A stretch of 64,000 nt of DNA from NCBI GenBank assembly GCA_024401165.1, contig JAKSLN010000001.1:1446-65445 (forward strand). Direction: 5' to 3'. A program made the position numbers and the translations under genes. The notes under the pieces were generated by a model. That model did not search any database. It saw only the letters and a program-made list of their open reading frames with translations, and was not told the origin of the DNA. The number at the start of each line of letters is the position of its first letter. The stretch's first letter is position 1. This document shows positions 33,042-42,371 of the stretch, piece by piece. The DNA comes from Bacteroidaceae bacterium. GTDB taxonomy: Bacteria; Bacteroidota; Bacteroidia; Bacteroidales; Bacteroidaceae.

Positions 33042-35543
33042 CTACTGAACCTTAGGATAGGCAGCAGGGGTGTAGACGAAGCGGTGCTCGGTTGTGTAGT
33101 GCTGCTTCAGGAAGAGGATCTGGAGTTTGGTAAACTCGTGGCAGTTGGTCTGTACCTTATAATCATCTCCCTTCGTTGCTGCCTCAGCCGCAATTGCATT
33201 CAACCAAAGACGGAAGGCGTTAAGCGCTTCGTTGAGACTAAAATGGTAACCGAAAACATCGTTGACACGTTCTGTGAGACCTTGCGCAACCAAACTATTC
33301 ATCAGTTGTTCGACTGTTTCTGAAGTATGTTCATCTTTTTGTACGTCACCATAAGCAAGGAACAGCAACACATCATGTAAAGTTTCTCCTTGACCCATAT
33401 ATCCGCCTTGTCCATAGTATCTGAAATCTTTCTCACCATTAACAAAGGTATTCGATTGCATCATGGTTGTTGAAAGAGGGAATCCAGACTTACTTGGCAC
33501 CAATGTTGGAGTGTGAGTAATCATACTCTCATCGTAATAGCAACTGAACATGATACTGTTGTTGGTATCACCGCCATTACCTCGCTTACCTACCGTAGCA
33601 TGGACATCTGCTCCAGTGACACCATCTGCAGCTTTTACCTCGCCACTGTGGTAGCAAGCCATTACTGTACCATTGTTGAATCCTACCAGACCACCGATGA
33701 TTTTACTCTTACCAATAACCTTGCCCACATGAGCGCAGGCAATGATAAAACTCTGATTTATACCTACAATACTTCCCGTATAGTCAGTAATTTCAGATTC
33801 ATTGACATCGCCATAGATATAGCAAGCACAGATCAAGCCCTTATTTTCGTGTGCCACCACACCACAGGCCTTCACTTCAAGCACATTCTCAAAGTTCAGT
33901 TTGTCAATAACGGCATTGTCACCTATAGTATGGAAGAAATGCTGACCTTTCAGGCGGTTGATGTAACGGTTACTACCCAGGAAGAAACCATTGAACGGAT
34001 GACTAGCATCGCCTATACCTATCCAATCCAATGAATTACTATCCTTGTTTTTCTGCATGGTGATGTCGGCATCGAGCTTGATGTACTGGTGCATGAAGTC
34101 ACGACCGTTTTTCACCTCGTAGGCAAAGGACAGAAGCTGGTCAGCAGTACAGATAGTATATGGATCATTGTCAGTACCCGTGTGACCATAGATATCCTTG
34201 ATAATATCCTTTCCATTTCCATCTTTTCCTGCTACATAAAGCCATGTGGCATCGTCCGGATTTTTTGTCTTAGTGTCACCGATAATAGTAACGATATTCT
34301 GGTCCATGCCCGTCTTAAAGGCCGGAGCTTCCTCCAGATATGTAGAGTTCTTCTTCAGACTACCCTCGTCAGGCGTATCTTCAAACTGCCATGACATATA
34401 TTCGGCACCCACAGTCATCTTTTCGTCCTTGTGGTTGAGGTTCACGTTGATGGAAGTACAGAAGCCAGGACGGAACTCAACAGATTTACCATTCGCCAAC
34501 TTCAGGATTGCAGCATATTTTTTCTCAAGACGCTGAGTCTGGTTGGGGTCGAGGGGATCCGGATATGACACGTTAAAATCCATCTTTACCTGTTCCTGCT
34601 CACCAGGAGCGACAATACCATAGAAAGTAAACGTACGGTTTGCACCCGAACCACGGTATTCGCGTGACTGCCACAGCTTCATATCCTTCTTCTGATTCCA
34701 TGAGGGAATATCTCCTCCTTTCCAGTCGAAACTATTAAGTGCAGTTTGATCGTTCTCTACGAGTGGATCTGCCTTATAACTAAGGCCATTCCACTTATAC
34801 ATCGTGGGCTGTTCATAAAGCTGCAAGTCCGTCACCTTTGTTTCTGCATCAGGGTCCTTACCCGTTGAAGAGAAGCCAGAGATGGTAACGACAACGCGCA
34901 CGCTTGCCAATGCATGGTGGAAATGGACTGTTGCAAAAGCGTCCTCATTCTGCATTTCTGTGTTGTATGTGAGCAGTAAATCCTCCTTGCGGAGTTTCTC
35001 GAGGTCGTATGCTTCGTTTCCACCTGCACCAGTGGCTGGTATGGCAGTATAGTCAATGATATCATTATCTTTGGTAAGCGTTGGGTCACCAATGCTGCCG
35101 TAATACGTCGTACCCCCTTCCTGTTTATTCCAGTCATAACCAGATGTCTTTGCATTTTTGTCATCATCATGAGGCAGGATATAGCCAATGAAGGTATGGG
35201 GTTCCGAACCGTCGCTCCAGAAGATGTCGTCCTCAGGATCCTCACGCGTCCACGACTCACCATCGGCAGAACCAGAGTAGCGAACGTCCTTATAGCTGAA
35301 TCCTTCTATAGGATGTTTGGTTCGCTGAATCTTCGTGAAGATGATCTCATCCTTGTTCCCGAACGCATACTTACCAATGGAATCGACCAATGGAGCCACG
35401 GCACGCGTGCTACTACCATTGTCTATGACGGCACGTATGCCACGTAGTGCGATGGGGTTGCAATCGTCTGGCAAAGTGTCCACTTCGTTATTGCAGGCCA
35501 CAAAGCCCAGCAAAGCAATCAGTATATAGATGTATTTCTTCAT
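33042..35543 (-). CDS. Fimbrillin-family lipoprotein fused to a GLUG-like beta-helix module (candidate pilus tip adhesin)
   Basis: Lipobox LLGFVAC|NNE, GSSTR|AVAP and VHFHHALASVRVVV. C-terminal half: HPFNGFFLGSNRYINRL, then CGVVAHENKG, GSIVGINQS and GGLVGFNNG repeats. Confidence 0.7.
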   Translation of the reverse strand: MKKYIYILIALLGFVACNNEVDTLPDDCNPIALRGIRAVIDNGSSTRAVAPLVDSIGKYAFGNKDEIIFTKIQRTKHPIEGFSYKDVRYSGSADGESWTREDPEDDIFWSDGSEPHTFIGYILPHDDDKNAKTSGYDWNKQEGGTTYYGSIGDPTLTKDNDIIDYTAIPATGAGGNEAYDLEKLRKEDLLLTYNTEMQNEDAFATVHFHHALASVRVVVTISGFSSTGKDPDAETKVTDLQLYEQPTMYKWNGLSYKADPLVENDQTALNSFDWKGGDIPSWNQKKDMKLWQSREYRGSGANRTFTFYGIVAPGEQEQVKMDFNVSYPDPLDPNQTQRLEKKYAAILKLANGKSVEFRPGFCTSINVNLNHKDEKMTVGAEYMSWQFEDTPDEGSLKKNSTYLEEAPAFKTGMDQNIVTIIGDTKTKNPDDATWLYVAGKDGNGKDIIKDIYGHTGTDNDPYTICTADQLLSFAYEVKNGRDFMHQYIKLDADITMQKNKDSNSLDWIGIGDASHPFNGFFLGSNRYINRLKGQHFFHTIGDNAVIDKLNFENVLEVKACGVVAHENKGLICACYIYGDVNESEITDYTGSIVGINQSFIIACAHVGKVIGKSKIIGGLVGFNNGTVMACYHSGEVKAADGVTGADVHATVGKRGNGGDTNNSIMFSCYYDESMITHTPTLVPSKSGFPLSTTMMQSNTFVNGEKDFRYYGQGGYMGQGETLHDVLLFLAYGDVQKDEHTSETVEQLMNSLVAQGLTERVNDVFGYHFSLNEALNAFRLWLNAIAAEAATKGDDYKVQTNCHEFTKLQILFLKQHYTTEHRFVYTPAAYPKVQ

Positions 35544-35554
35544 TTTCTCTTCTT

Positions 35555-35613
35555 ACTAAACGATTAAACGACTAAACAATTAGGTTCGTCGCCTCGGGGA
35601 GGTTGGGGAGAGG
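35555..35613. repeat. Composite intergenic element (CTAAACG-type tandem module + GGGGAGGTTGGGGAGAGG)
   Basis: ACTAAACGATTAAACGACTAAACAATTA (35555-35582), then GGGGAGGTTGGGGAGAGG (35596-35613), directly abutting the stop of the upstream gene. Confidence 0.6.
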
Positions 35614-35614
35614 A

Positions 35615-36778
35615 TCATAGTATCACCTTGACAGGATAGAGTTCCCCTTCCTGGAACTTAGTAATAGGCAGTTCCATCTCGAAGCGTCGTTCTCCATCTC
35701 GCACCCATATCTTGGCCTTCTTCACATTGCCCTCAGCATCTTTAAGTTCGCATGGGGGCACAATCATTCTAAAGTGGGTGTTGTCCACCTTGTATGCCGT
35801 GTAGACACCCGTATTAGGAACAATCTCAGTCGATGGCGTGTCGCCGAAGGCGGGGTTGGGATTGCCCGTCATAGGAACACATACTGCACGCCCCATATTA
35901 TTATCGAGAGTACTCTTCACATTATCCTTGTTTACACCGATACCAATAACCTTTCCGTTGTGCTCATAATTGCATGAGTTCTTCTCGCGATAGCCAAAGC
36001 GGCTGTTGATCTTACTCCTATCTGCATAGTAGTCACCCACCAGGACTTCTTGCTGGTCGATATTCGGCATACCTTCGAGGGTCAGGATGCTTGAGCTGCT
36101 GAATTGTGCGGCGCTCGATTCGGGATTCTCAGGATCATAGGAAGGATTCGTAGCGGTAAGTTCGAAGGTGATGCACGCCATCTTGTGCTCGAAGTTGATG
36201 TGTACATTCCAAGACCCCGTCTGCATATACTGTTGTCCCCACAGCAAGTCTGAAGCTTTGTAGTGCTCCCCCTTACGCTGATCAGCATGGAACACATGAC
36301 TGTACTGCAAGACATGGAAACCGCCCTTGGTGCCACCGCGGAAGTTCTTCTCTTCGCTCCATGTCGATGCCATATAGACATAGGGAGTCTGCTGCGCCTC
36401 ATAGAAGCTGCCTACCTGCGGGCTTCCACTATAGTTGTATGTACCACTAATATCGCAGTGATCAGCCGTATCAAGGGGCACCCAACTTCCACCTTTTCTC
36501 TTCATAAGAAAGAAGGCATCGTAGCTGTTGCCCCACGTACTCTCACCATACTCCGACGAACTAGAGTATGGGCAGATGATCTTCAAACGGATCCAGTCAC
36601 CATCCTCAAAACCAGTACCATCCAGTTTGCTGCGTGTCATGGCCGTCTCACCCTTGAAAGGCAGCACGTCAGTTGTCAGCGTGAACTCATGACTCTCCTG
36701 CTCTCTCTGGACAATCTCGTCGGAGGAGCAAGCTGCCAGAAGCAGCAACACTGTCAATATGCTTATGTATTTCCTCAT
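35615..36778 (-). CDS. Fimbrillin-family lipoprotein (normal size)
   Basis: LLLLAAC|SSDE, ETAMTR|SKLDG, INFEHKMACITFEL. Confidence 0.7.
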   Translation of the reverse strand: MRKYISILTVLLLLAACSSDEIVQREQESHEFTLTTDVLPFKGETAMTRSKLDGTGFEDGDWIRLKIICPYSSSSEYGESTWGNSYDAFFLMKRKGGSWVPLDTADHCDISGTYNYSGSPQVGSFYEAQQTPYVYMASTWSEEKNFRGGTKGGFHVLQYSHVFHADQRKGEHYKASDLLWGQQYMQTGSWNVHINFEHKMACITFELTATNPSYDPENPESSAAQFSSSSILTLEGMPNIDQQEVLVGDYYADRSKINSRFGYREKNSCNYEHNGKVIGIGVNKDNVKSTLDNNMGRAVCVPMTGNPNPAFGDTPSTEIVPNTGVYTAYKVDNTHFRMIVPPCELKDAEGNVKKAKIWVRDGERRFEMELPITKFQEGELYPVKVIL

Positions 36779-36792
36779 TCTTCCTTTTTTTT

Positions 36793-36851
36793 CTAAACGA
36801 CTAAACGATTTTATACGACTAAACGTCTAAACGACTCTTCCGTAGAGAGGG
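36793..36851. repeat. Intergenic CTAAACG tandem repeats + short G-rich tail
   Basis: CTAAACGACTAAACGATTTTATACGACTAAACGTCTAAACGAC (36793-36835), then GTAGAGAGGG (36842-36851). Confidence 0.6.
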
Positions 36852-36853
36852 TC

Positions 36854-39640
36854 TTAATTGTTCAGATACAGTATATTGTTCACACCCTGGTTTGTTGGCA
36901 ATCCTATTTTTCCGTCTGCATCTTCCGGACACGCCACCAACTGTGGATATAAGTGTGCATATCCAACGTTATCTACCGTGTAGTTCATGTGACACTGATG
37001 GCTCTCCTGGTGATAATGATATTCTGACACTCTGGCCGGAGTCGTCTGGTTGTACTGGAAGATAGCATAGTTCATGGCCTTCCAGGGAGCCAGTCCGTAG
37101 AACTCCTCCTTCTGCCTGTCGTTCAGTTTGTCGTAGGGCGTATCGTCAGCAATCATATTATCGTGCTTGGCACGCAAGATGTGCTGTCTTGCACCGCGGA
37201 TATACTCCTGTGGACGGTACTTGTTTGTTGCGGTTCCGATGGCTGTAGTCTTCTGTTCAGGCGACTTCTGGTAGAAATTGCACATGAAACGGCTCCACTC
37301 CAGCTTTACCTTTTCTCCCTGTGGTTCGAGATATGGCGTAACACCCGTAGCATAGCCACCTAACAATGCTGCACCAGTAATGTTGGACGAGGCATGCATA
37401 CAACCATACATTGTCATGTTGCTGGCTGTCTCCACCAAAGCGCCCCCTGCATCACCCTCGTGGACACATCCCACCACATAACTGATACCCTGACCAGACA
37501 GACTCTTTGCTATTGGCGAGACGGTACAGTCGGCCTTGAGGGATACGCCCACTATACGCAGGTTATGAGTTACACCGCTGGTCGTACCGCTGTTGAGCAG
37601 GGCCAGGTTATGCGTCGAACTGAGACGAAGGTCACGAATCTCGGCATCCTCAACATGGCCAAAGAGGTACTGATCTTTCATATTCACATTAGACAGCAGG
37701 TAGGTACCGCCGTCGAAATAGCCTTTGAAAGGATGTTCACTGCTATTACCGATGCTCTCCAGTTGCCAGTCATTCAGATCGATGTCATTGGTCAGCTGTA
37801 CCACCAGGTGAAGTGTCACTTGCTCATCATAGAAACTGATAGGTCCACGCACATAATCCTCGTACGAACGTGCCGACTGGTCGGAGATCTGGTGAACGTA
37901 GTGGCGGTAGAACACATAACCCTGCAACTCTGCTTGGGCCCGGGTCACCCATACAGTATCGCCGAACTCTGTGGCCAGGCTCTCCTGCGTTTTCTCTACG
38001 TCATACCACCAGTATCGCTTGCTGATCTTGTCGTCCAGGTCGGATGTAGCATCCGGATTATCGACGTTGCGCACAGCTCGCTCCAGACCCGACATCTTCT
38101 TGGCAGCCGTGCCGTTGACAAGAGCTATGAACTCCTTGAATTGTTCTGCCGTACTGATCTTAAAGATCGGATTGTAGTCGTAACTCTGTTTTGTCTCCCG
38201 AATGGCCGTATTGATGGCATCCTGATACCAACTATACGGAGTAGGATTATTCTCGGCAACGTGCTTGTCGTCAGCTTCTCCACTCACCTCTGGCTGCGTG
38301 TTCCAGTCAATACCCTCTTCTATGACAGTTACCTTCAACTGATCATAAAGGTAACCGACCTGAAAACGATAACTCTTGCCGGGCGACATTTTCAAGCCAT
38401 CAGGAAACATGGGAAGAAAATTACCAGATGCATCTTTCTCAGTTGACTTGATGTCAGAGAGCGAGAAGATGTGCTCCTTATACTCATAACCTTCCGTGCT
38501 TAAATTATGATCCCCATTATTCACATCCCTGAGTCTGATTTTGAAGCGTGTTTTGGCTGGCAGCGTGATCACCTTTCCTTGAGTATCTCCGTCACTCATG
38601 TCATAAGGAATGGTAATCAGGTAGAGCTGACCATCTACATTGGAGAAGGAAGGATGCTTGACATTGGTGGCAATATCATTGGCAGACATATTACCGTAGT
38701 TCACAATACCATCAGTATTCTGTTCGATGATGTTGAACTTCTTTGTAGTTGACAGGGTGTTGTAAAGCGTATTGGTCATGGCACGCAACGTTCCATCTTC
38801 GATGTTTACACCGGCAGGGAGACACATGCGCTTATAAACTTCCTTAACCTTATTCGCAACCTCTTTTGCCTCCTCGTCACTAAGTATATCGTTTAAATCG
38901 TTCGTGTGGCTGTCAGCATTATCCTTCCACTTGTAATCTTCCTCATTGAGACAGATCTCAGCACCAGCAAACTGATTGCCAGCATAGTATGAGAATCGCA
39001 GACGGCTGCAGAGATGGCGGAAGGTGAGTGGAATTCCCTGTGTAGGACCCGAAACGGTCACCCAGTCGGCAACGCAAAAGTCAGGATAATAGCTGCCGGC
39101 CTCACCATTGCTGATACAACCAGCCACATTGCTGCGGCTCCATGCACGGAAACGCACAGTAGCTCCAGTCTCCCAGGTCAGAGAGTCTGACTTGTCCTGA
39201 GTTTGCATAGTGCCCGTCGACCCATTCCAGTCGTCACATTTCATGCGTCCTTCAAACACCTTCCAGTCGGTACTCAGGTTGATGGAGGTACCAGGCGCAT
39301 AGGTCACAGCATAGTGATACGTACGGAAGGCTTGCTTGGATTCCCAATCGCCAGTACTTGCATCCCAATACTGACGATAGATCATCATGAGGTCACCCTC
39401 GTTGAAGCCACCTTCGTGGTTGTAGGAAGTACGCGTCTCATTGTATTCCTGTGCCATCGAAGCGTTGAAGTTCACAGCTTTCCCTATCAATGCCTGCTGT
39501 TCTGGAGACAAAGCATCGGTTCCTAAGATTTTGTCATCGGAACAGCCTGTCACAAGCAAGGCACTCAACATTATATATAATATGTAATATCGCTTCATCA
39601 TCTTTTTTCGACTCGTTGTCTTGTTGACTCGTTGACTCAT
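36854..39640 (-). CDS. Fimbrillin-family lipoprotein with C-terminal beta-helix/GLUG-like module
   Basis: LLVTGC|SDDK, YNETR|TSYN and LTFRHLCSRLRFSY. C-terminal HPFKGYFDGGTYLLSNVNM and GAALLGGYA. The start ATG overlaps the upstream stop (ATGA, 39637-39640). Confidence 0.65.
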   Translation of the reverse strand: MSQRVNKTTSRKKMMKRYYILYIMLSALLVTGCSDDKILGTDALSPEQQALIGKAVNFNASMAQEYNETRTSYNHEGGFNEGDLMMIYRQYWDASTGDWESKQAFRTYHYAVTYAPGTSINLSTDWKVFEGRMKCDDWNGSTGTMQTQDKSDSLTWETGATVRFRAWSRSNVAGCISNGEAGSYYPDFCVADWVTVSGPTQGIPLTFRHLCSRLRFSYYAGNQFAGAEICLNEEDYKWKDNADSHTNDLNDILSDEEAKEVANKVKEVYKRMCLPAGVNIEDGTLRAMTNTLYNTLSTTKKFNIIEQNTDGIVNYGNMSANDIATNVKHPSFSNVDGQLYLITIPYDMSDGDTQGKVITLPAKTRFKIRLRDVNNGDHNLSTEGYEYKEHIFSLSDIKSTEKDASGNFLPMFPDGLKMSPGKSYRFQVGYLYDQLKVTVIEEGIDWNTQPEVSGEADDKHVAENNPTPYSWYQDAINTAIRETKQSYDYNPIFKISTAEQFKEFIALVNGTAAKKMSGLERAVRNVDNPDATSDLDDKISKRYWWYDVEKTQESLATEFGDTVWVTRAQAELQGYVFYRHYVHQISDQSARSYEDYVRGPISFYDEQVTLHLVVQLTNDIDLNDWQLESIGNSSEHPFKGYFDGGTYLLSNVNMKDQYLFGHVEDAEIRDLRLSSTHNLALLNSGTTSGVTHNLRIVGVSLKADCTVSPIAKSLSGQGISYVVGCVHEGDAGGALVETASNMTMYGCMHASSNITGAALLGGYATGVTPYLEPQGEKVKLEWSRFMCNFYQKSPEQKTTAIGTATNKYRPQEYIRGARQHILRAKHDNMIADDTPYDKLNDRQKEEFYGLAPWKAMNYAIFQYNQTTPARVSEYHYHQESHQCHMNYTVDNVGYAHLYPQLVACPEDADGKIGLPTNQGVNNILYLNN

Positions 39641-42315
39641 TTATACTTTGGCAATGCAGGCGTATGGCTCTTGATTTTGATTTTATCACGGCTATCATCG
39701 CTGGACACCTTCCAACAGTTGTAGACGTAGCCAGAGACCTTGTCATTGTAAGAACCGTCCGCCTTTAATACGGATTTAGAATCCTCCGAAGGGTTTGTGA
39801 AAGGAAACAAATCTGCACCTTTTATCTTAGTATTGATAATCTCGGCACGCCAACCTGTTTTCGTTTGATTGTCTACGTAAGGAACGAAGATGCCGTTTTC
39901 CTTGTGCACATTAGCCTCGCCGATTGCCGCATCATAGATTCCGTTCAAACCGGCAAAGAGGGTCGTGCCGCTGGTATGAGGAATGGCTTTGTATAATACA
40001 GAAGGTTTCCTATTTATAAAATCACCGTAGTTATTTTCTCCAAACTTCTCATAATAGGTGTCGGCTGGCGCAGTCATTGCTTGGTTCATAGAAGGATGAG
40101 TTTCAATATATTCATCGTAAGCATCCTGCTTCACTTGCGATGCCTGTACTTCATTGTAGCTTTCCTCTGTGTCAACAACCTTATCACCAACCTTATCTGC
40201 TTTGCCATCGGCAACGTCACCCTCTGTTGCCTCATGCCAAACCTCTTCGATGTGCTCCAAAGTACGCTTAATGTAAATAACACCATCAATCTCTAAAAAC
40301 TCATCATCGCTTGTGTAGTTAGCATCATGATGGACCTTTGTGTAGAGTTGTGGTAGATGATACTCTGTGCCATTCTTGTCAGAGTAAAAAAGCGATATGC
40401 TATAATCGGTAGTTGCAACGTACTCCGTCCAATCTTTTCCTGTATTGGTAAGCGTGATGATATGGTCCTGTCCATCAAGATGTCCTGTAAAAATAAAGTC
40501 GTCGGGGAGCTTTGTGGCATCAATGGTGATCTTATCATCCAAAATGAAATAATCGCCATGATGGAGGCCGCCCTCATGCGCCTCGGAAAACATCTTTATC
40601 CATTGGTCAGAGCTGACATACTGTGGATACCAAGGCATATTGTCGTCATCTTGTACGGCATCATCGTCGCCGTCATCATCCTTGCCATACCAATGACCAT
40701 CAGTAACATCGTTGTTTTTTGAACCGATGCGGTATGCCCTCTGCCAACTGCTACCGGCAAAGGAGAGTGTGTTGCCATTTTGGTTGTTCACACCATAGTA
40801 ACCATCACGGTACGGATCTTTTGGTTCATCCCACTTATCCGCGCCAGAACTGTTATAGTCGATAGACTCACTATTGATGCGCAAATAGACGATGGTCTGA
40901 TAGTTGGCATCGAGGTCGAACTCGAAATGCTTTGTGTATTGCAGACCGTTGCTTAGAGTTAATTCAAAGTCAATGCTGTTCGTCATATCTGCTATGTCTT
41001 CAGCAGATGTTTCAGTCAGATCCTCATCGTACATCACCATCTCTTCGCTCTTGTAGGTAGGTCGTACAATAAGGTCATACACAGGCACTTTGCCATTATA
41101 GACAGTGCGATTGAAGCCAGATTCCTGGTCTGCAGTTTCGGCTGCCTCACGCTTAGCTTTGTCTGATGTGCCGGCCCCTAATGCTTTATTATACTCTCTA
41201 TCCCAAGCGGTTTTCGCATCTTCCCAGTCCTTATCATTGGCAGGGAATACATAAACCTTCTTCTCAATATCGTAGAACATGATGAAGGTATCCTCATATC
41301 CTGCGTAATCCTCACCTATCGAGTTCTGGCAACCCTTTTCACCTGCGAAGTGTGGTATGACCTTGCGAGCTTCATCCCAGCGTGGGGTCAGTGTAGCGTG
41401 ACCCGTAGCATCGTCTTGTTGCTCAACACCGGCCAGCACTTTCACCTTGCAGAATTTTATTTCAGTCGTGGCAGCATCGTCTATCACGTTACCATTCTTG
41501 TCCTTAATATTATTATCCTTTTTATATCCCTCGATAATCACTTTTTGACCTGTTTTCGGATCAATCATCGTAGGATCGATAAGTACGTAAGCCTGCACAC
41601 GTGCCAGACGATGGCGGAAAGGAAGCTTAACGCGACCTACCGTGGCATGGATGTTTGCATCGGCTGGCATACCGAGGTAACGAGCCAACAAAGTATAGTT
41701 GTCATTGTCACCATCCTTGCTCTGGTCTGTCATAAGATTAGGAGCCTTTTCTGATGTAGCTCCATTTACTGTTTCAGGAGAGCTTCCTTCCATGTAGCGT
41801 AACTTATCCGGAACGAAGACACCCTGGAAGTAATGTTCACCATTGTCGTACCATTTAGCATCTTCGCCTTCCTGTCCACCACTGATGCGATACTTGAATG
41901 AGTAGTCTGCTATCTTTTCATCTTTGGGACCAGCATATTGGGAATACTTGATGTCATCTTCTGTGATACCCGTTGCGCCATCTTTCTTCAGCAGTCTCAG
42001 AATGGCAACTTGCTGATTACGGTCTTCAGGTTTGTTCGCAACCTTACCGTATGTGATGTCCAGACCTCCGAAGAGGGGGCCGAGCAGCCAGTCAACGGTC
42101 TCTGCATCCACTACGGGCGTCTTGTCATCGGCAGAGGCACGAGTAGTGAGTCCCAGCATCGTCTCCACTTCGGAATTCTCAATGCCACCAATGTGTATAA
42201 TACTCGGATCACCACCATTGATGCCCTCAATGATAGATTCACTCTCGGTACATCCCGAGAGCACTGCCAGCATTGTAAGTGCTACAAATCCGTATCTATA
42301 TATTACTCTCTTCAT
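39637..42315 (-). CDS. Fimbrillin-family lipoprotein with large C-terminal extension
   Basis: AVLSGC|TESE, LGLTTR|ASADD, LPFRHRLARVQAYV. Acidic stretch GKDDDGDDDAVQDDD. FIFTGHLDGQDHIITL. Confidence 0.65.
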   Translation of the reverse strand: MKRVIYRYGFVALTMLAVLSGCTESESIIEGINGGDPSIIHIGGIENSEVETMLGLTTRASADDKTPVVDAETVDWLLGPLFGGLDITYGKVANKPEDRNQQVAILRLLKKDGATGITEDDIKYSQYAGPKDEKIADYSFKYRISGGQEGEDAKWYDNGEHYFQGVFVPDKLRYMEGSSPETVNGATSEKAPNLMTDQSKDGDNDNYTLLARYLGMPADANIHATVGRVKLPFRHRLARVQAYVLIDPTMIDPKTGQKVIIEGYKKDNNIKDKNGNVIDDAATTEIKFCKVKVLAGVEQQDDATGHATLTPRWDEARKVIPHFAGEKGCQNSIGEDYAGYEDTFIMFYDIEKKVYVFPANDKDWEDAKTAWDREYNKALGAGTSDKAKREAAETADQESGFNRTVYNGKVPVYDLIVRPTYKSEEMVMYDEDLTETSAEDIADMTNSIDFELTLSNGLQYTKHFEFDLDANYQTIVYLRINSESIDYNSSGADKWDEPKDPYRDGYYGVNNQNGNTLSFAGSSWQRAYRIGSKNNDVTDGHWYGKDDDGDDDAVQDDDNMPWYPQYVSSDQWIKMFSEAHEGGLHHGDYFILDDKITIDATKLPDDFIFTGHLDGQDHIITLTNTGKDWTEYVATTDYSISLFYSDKNGTEYHLPQLYTKVHHDANYTSDDEFLEIDGVIYIKRTLEHIEEVWHEATEGDVADGKADKVGDKVVDTEESYNEVQASQVKQDAYDEYIETHPSMNQAMTAPADTYYEKFGENNYGDFINRKPSVLYKAIPHTSGTTLFAGLNGIYDAAIGEANVHKENGIFVPYVDNQTKTGWRAEIINTKIKGADLFPFTNPSEDSKSVLKADGSYNDKVSGYVYNCWKVSSDDSRDKIKIKSHTPALPKYK

Positions 42316-42371
42316 TTTCTTAGTTTACAATTCTTTTAAAGCCCTACGTTGAGGAGGTTAGGAAGAAGCAT

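Noticed and set aside
37394-38446. 350-aa plus-strand ORF inside the 928-aa fimbrillin gene. Similar cases at 45671-46435, 48554-49291, 54883-55491, 21565-22449 and 23848-24696.
   Set aside because: All are antisense to long, motif-bearing minus-strand genes and have no start context or motifs of their own.
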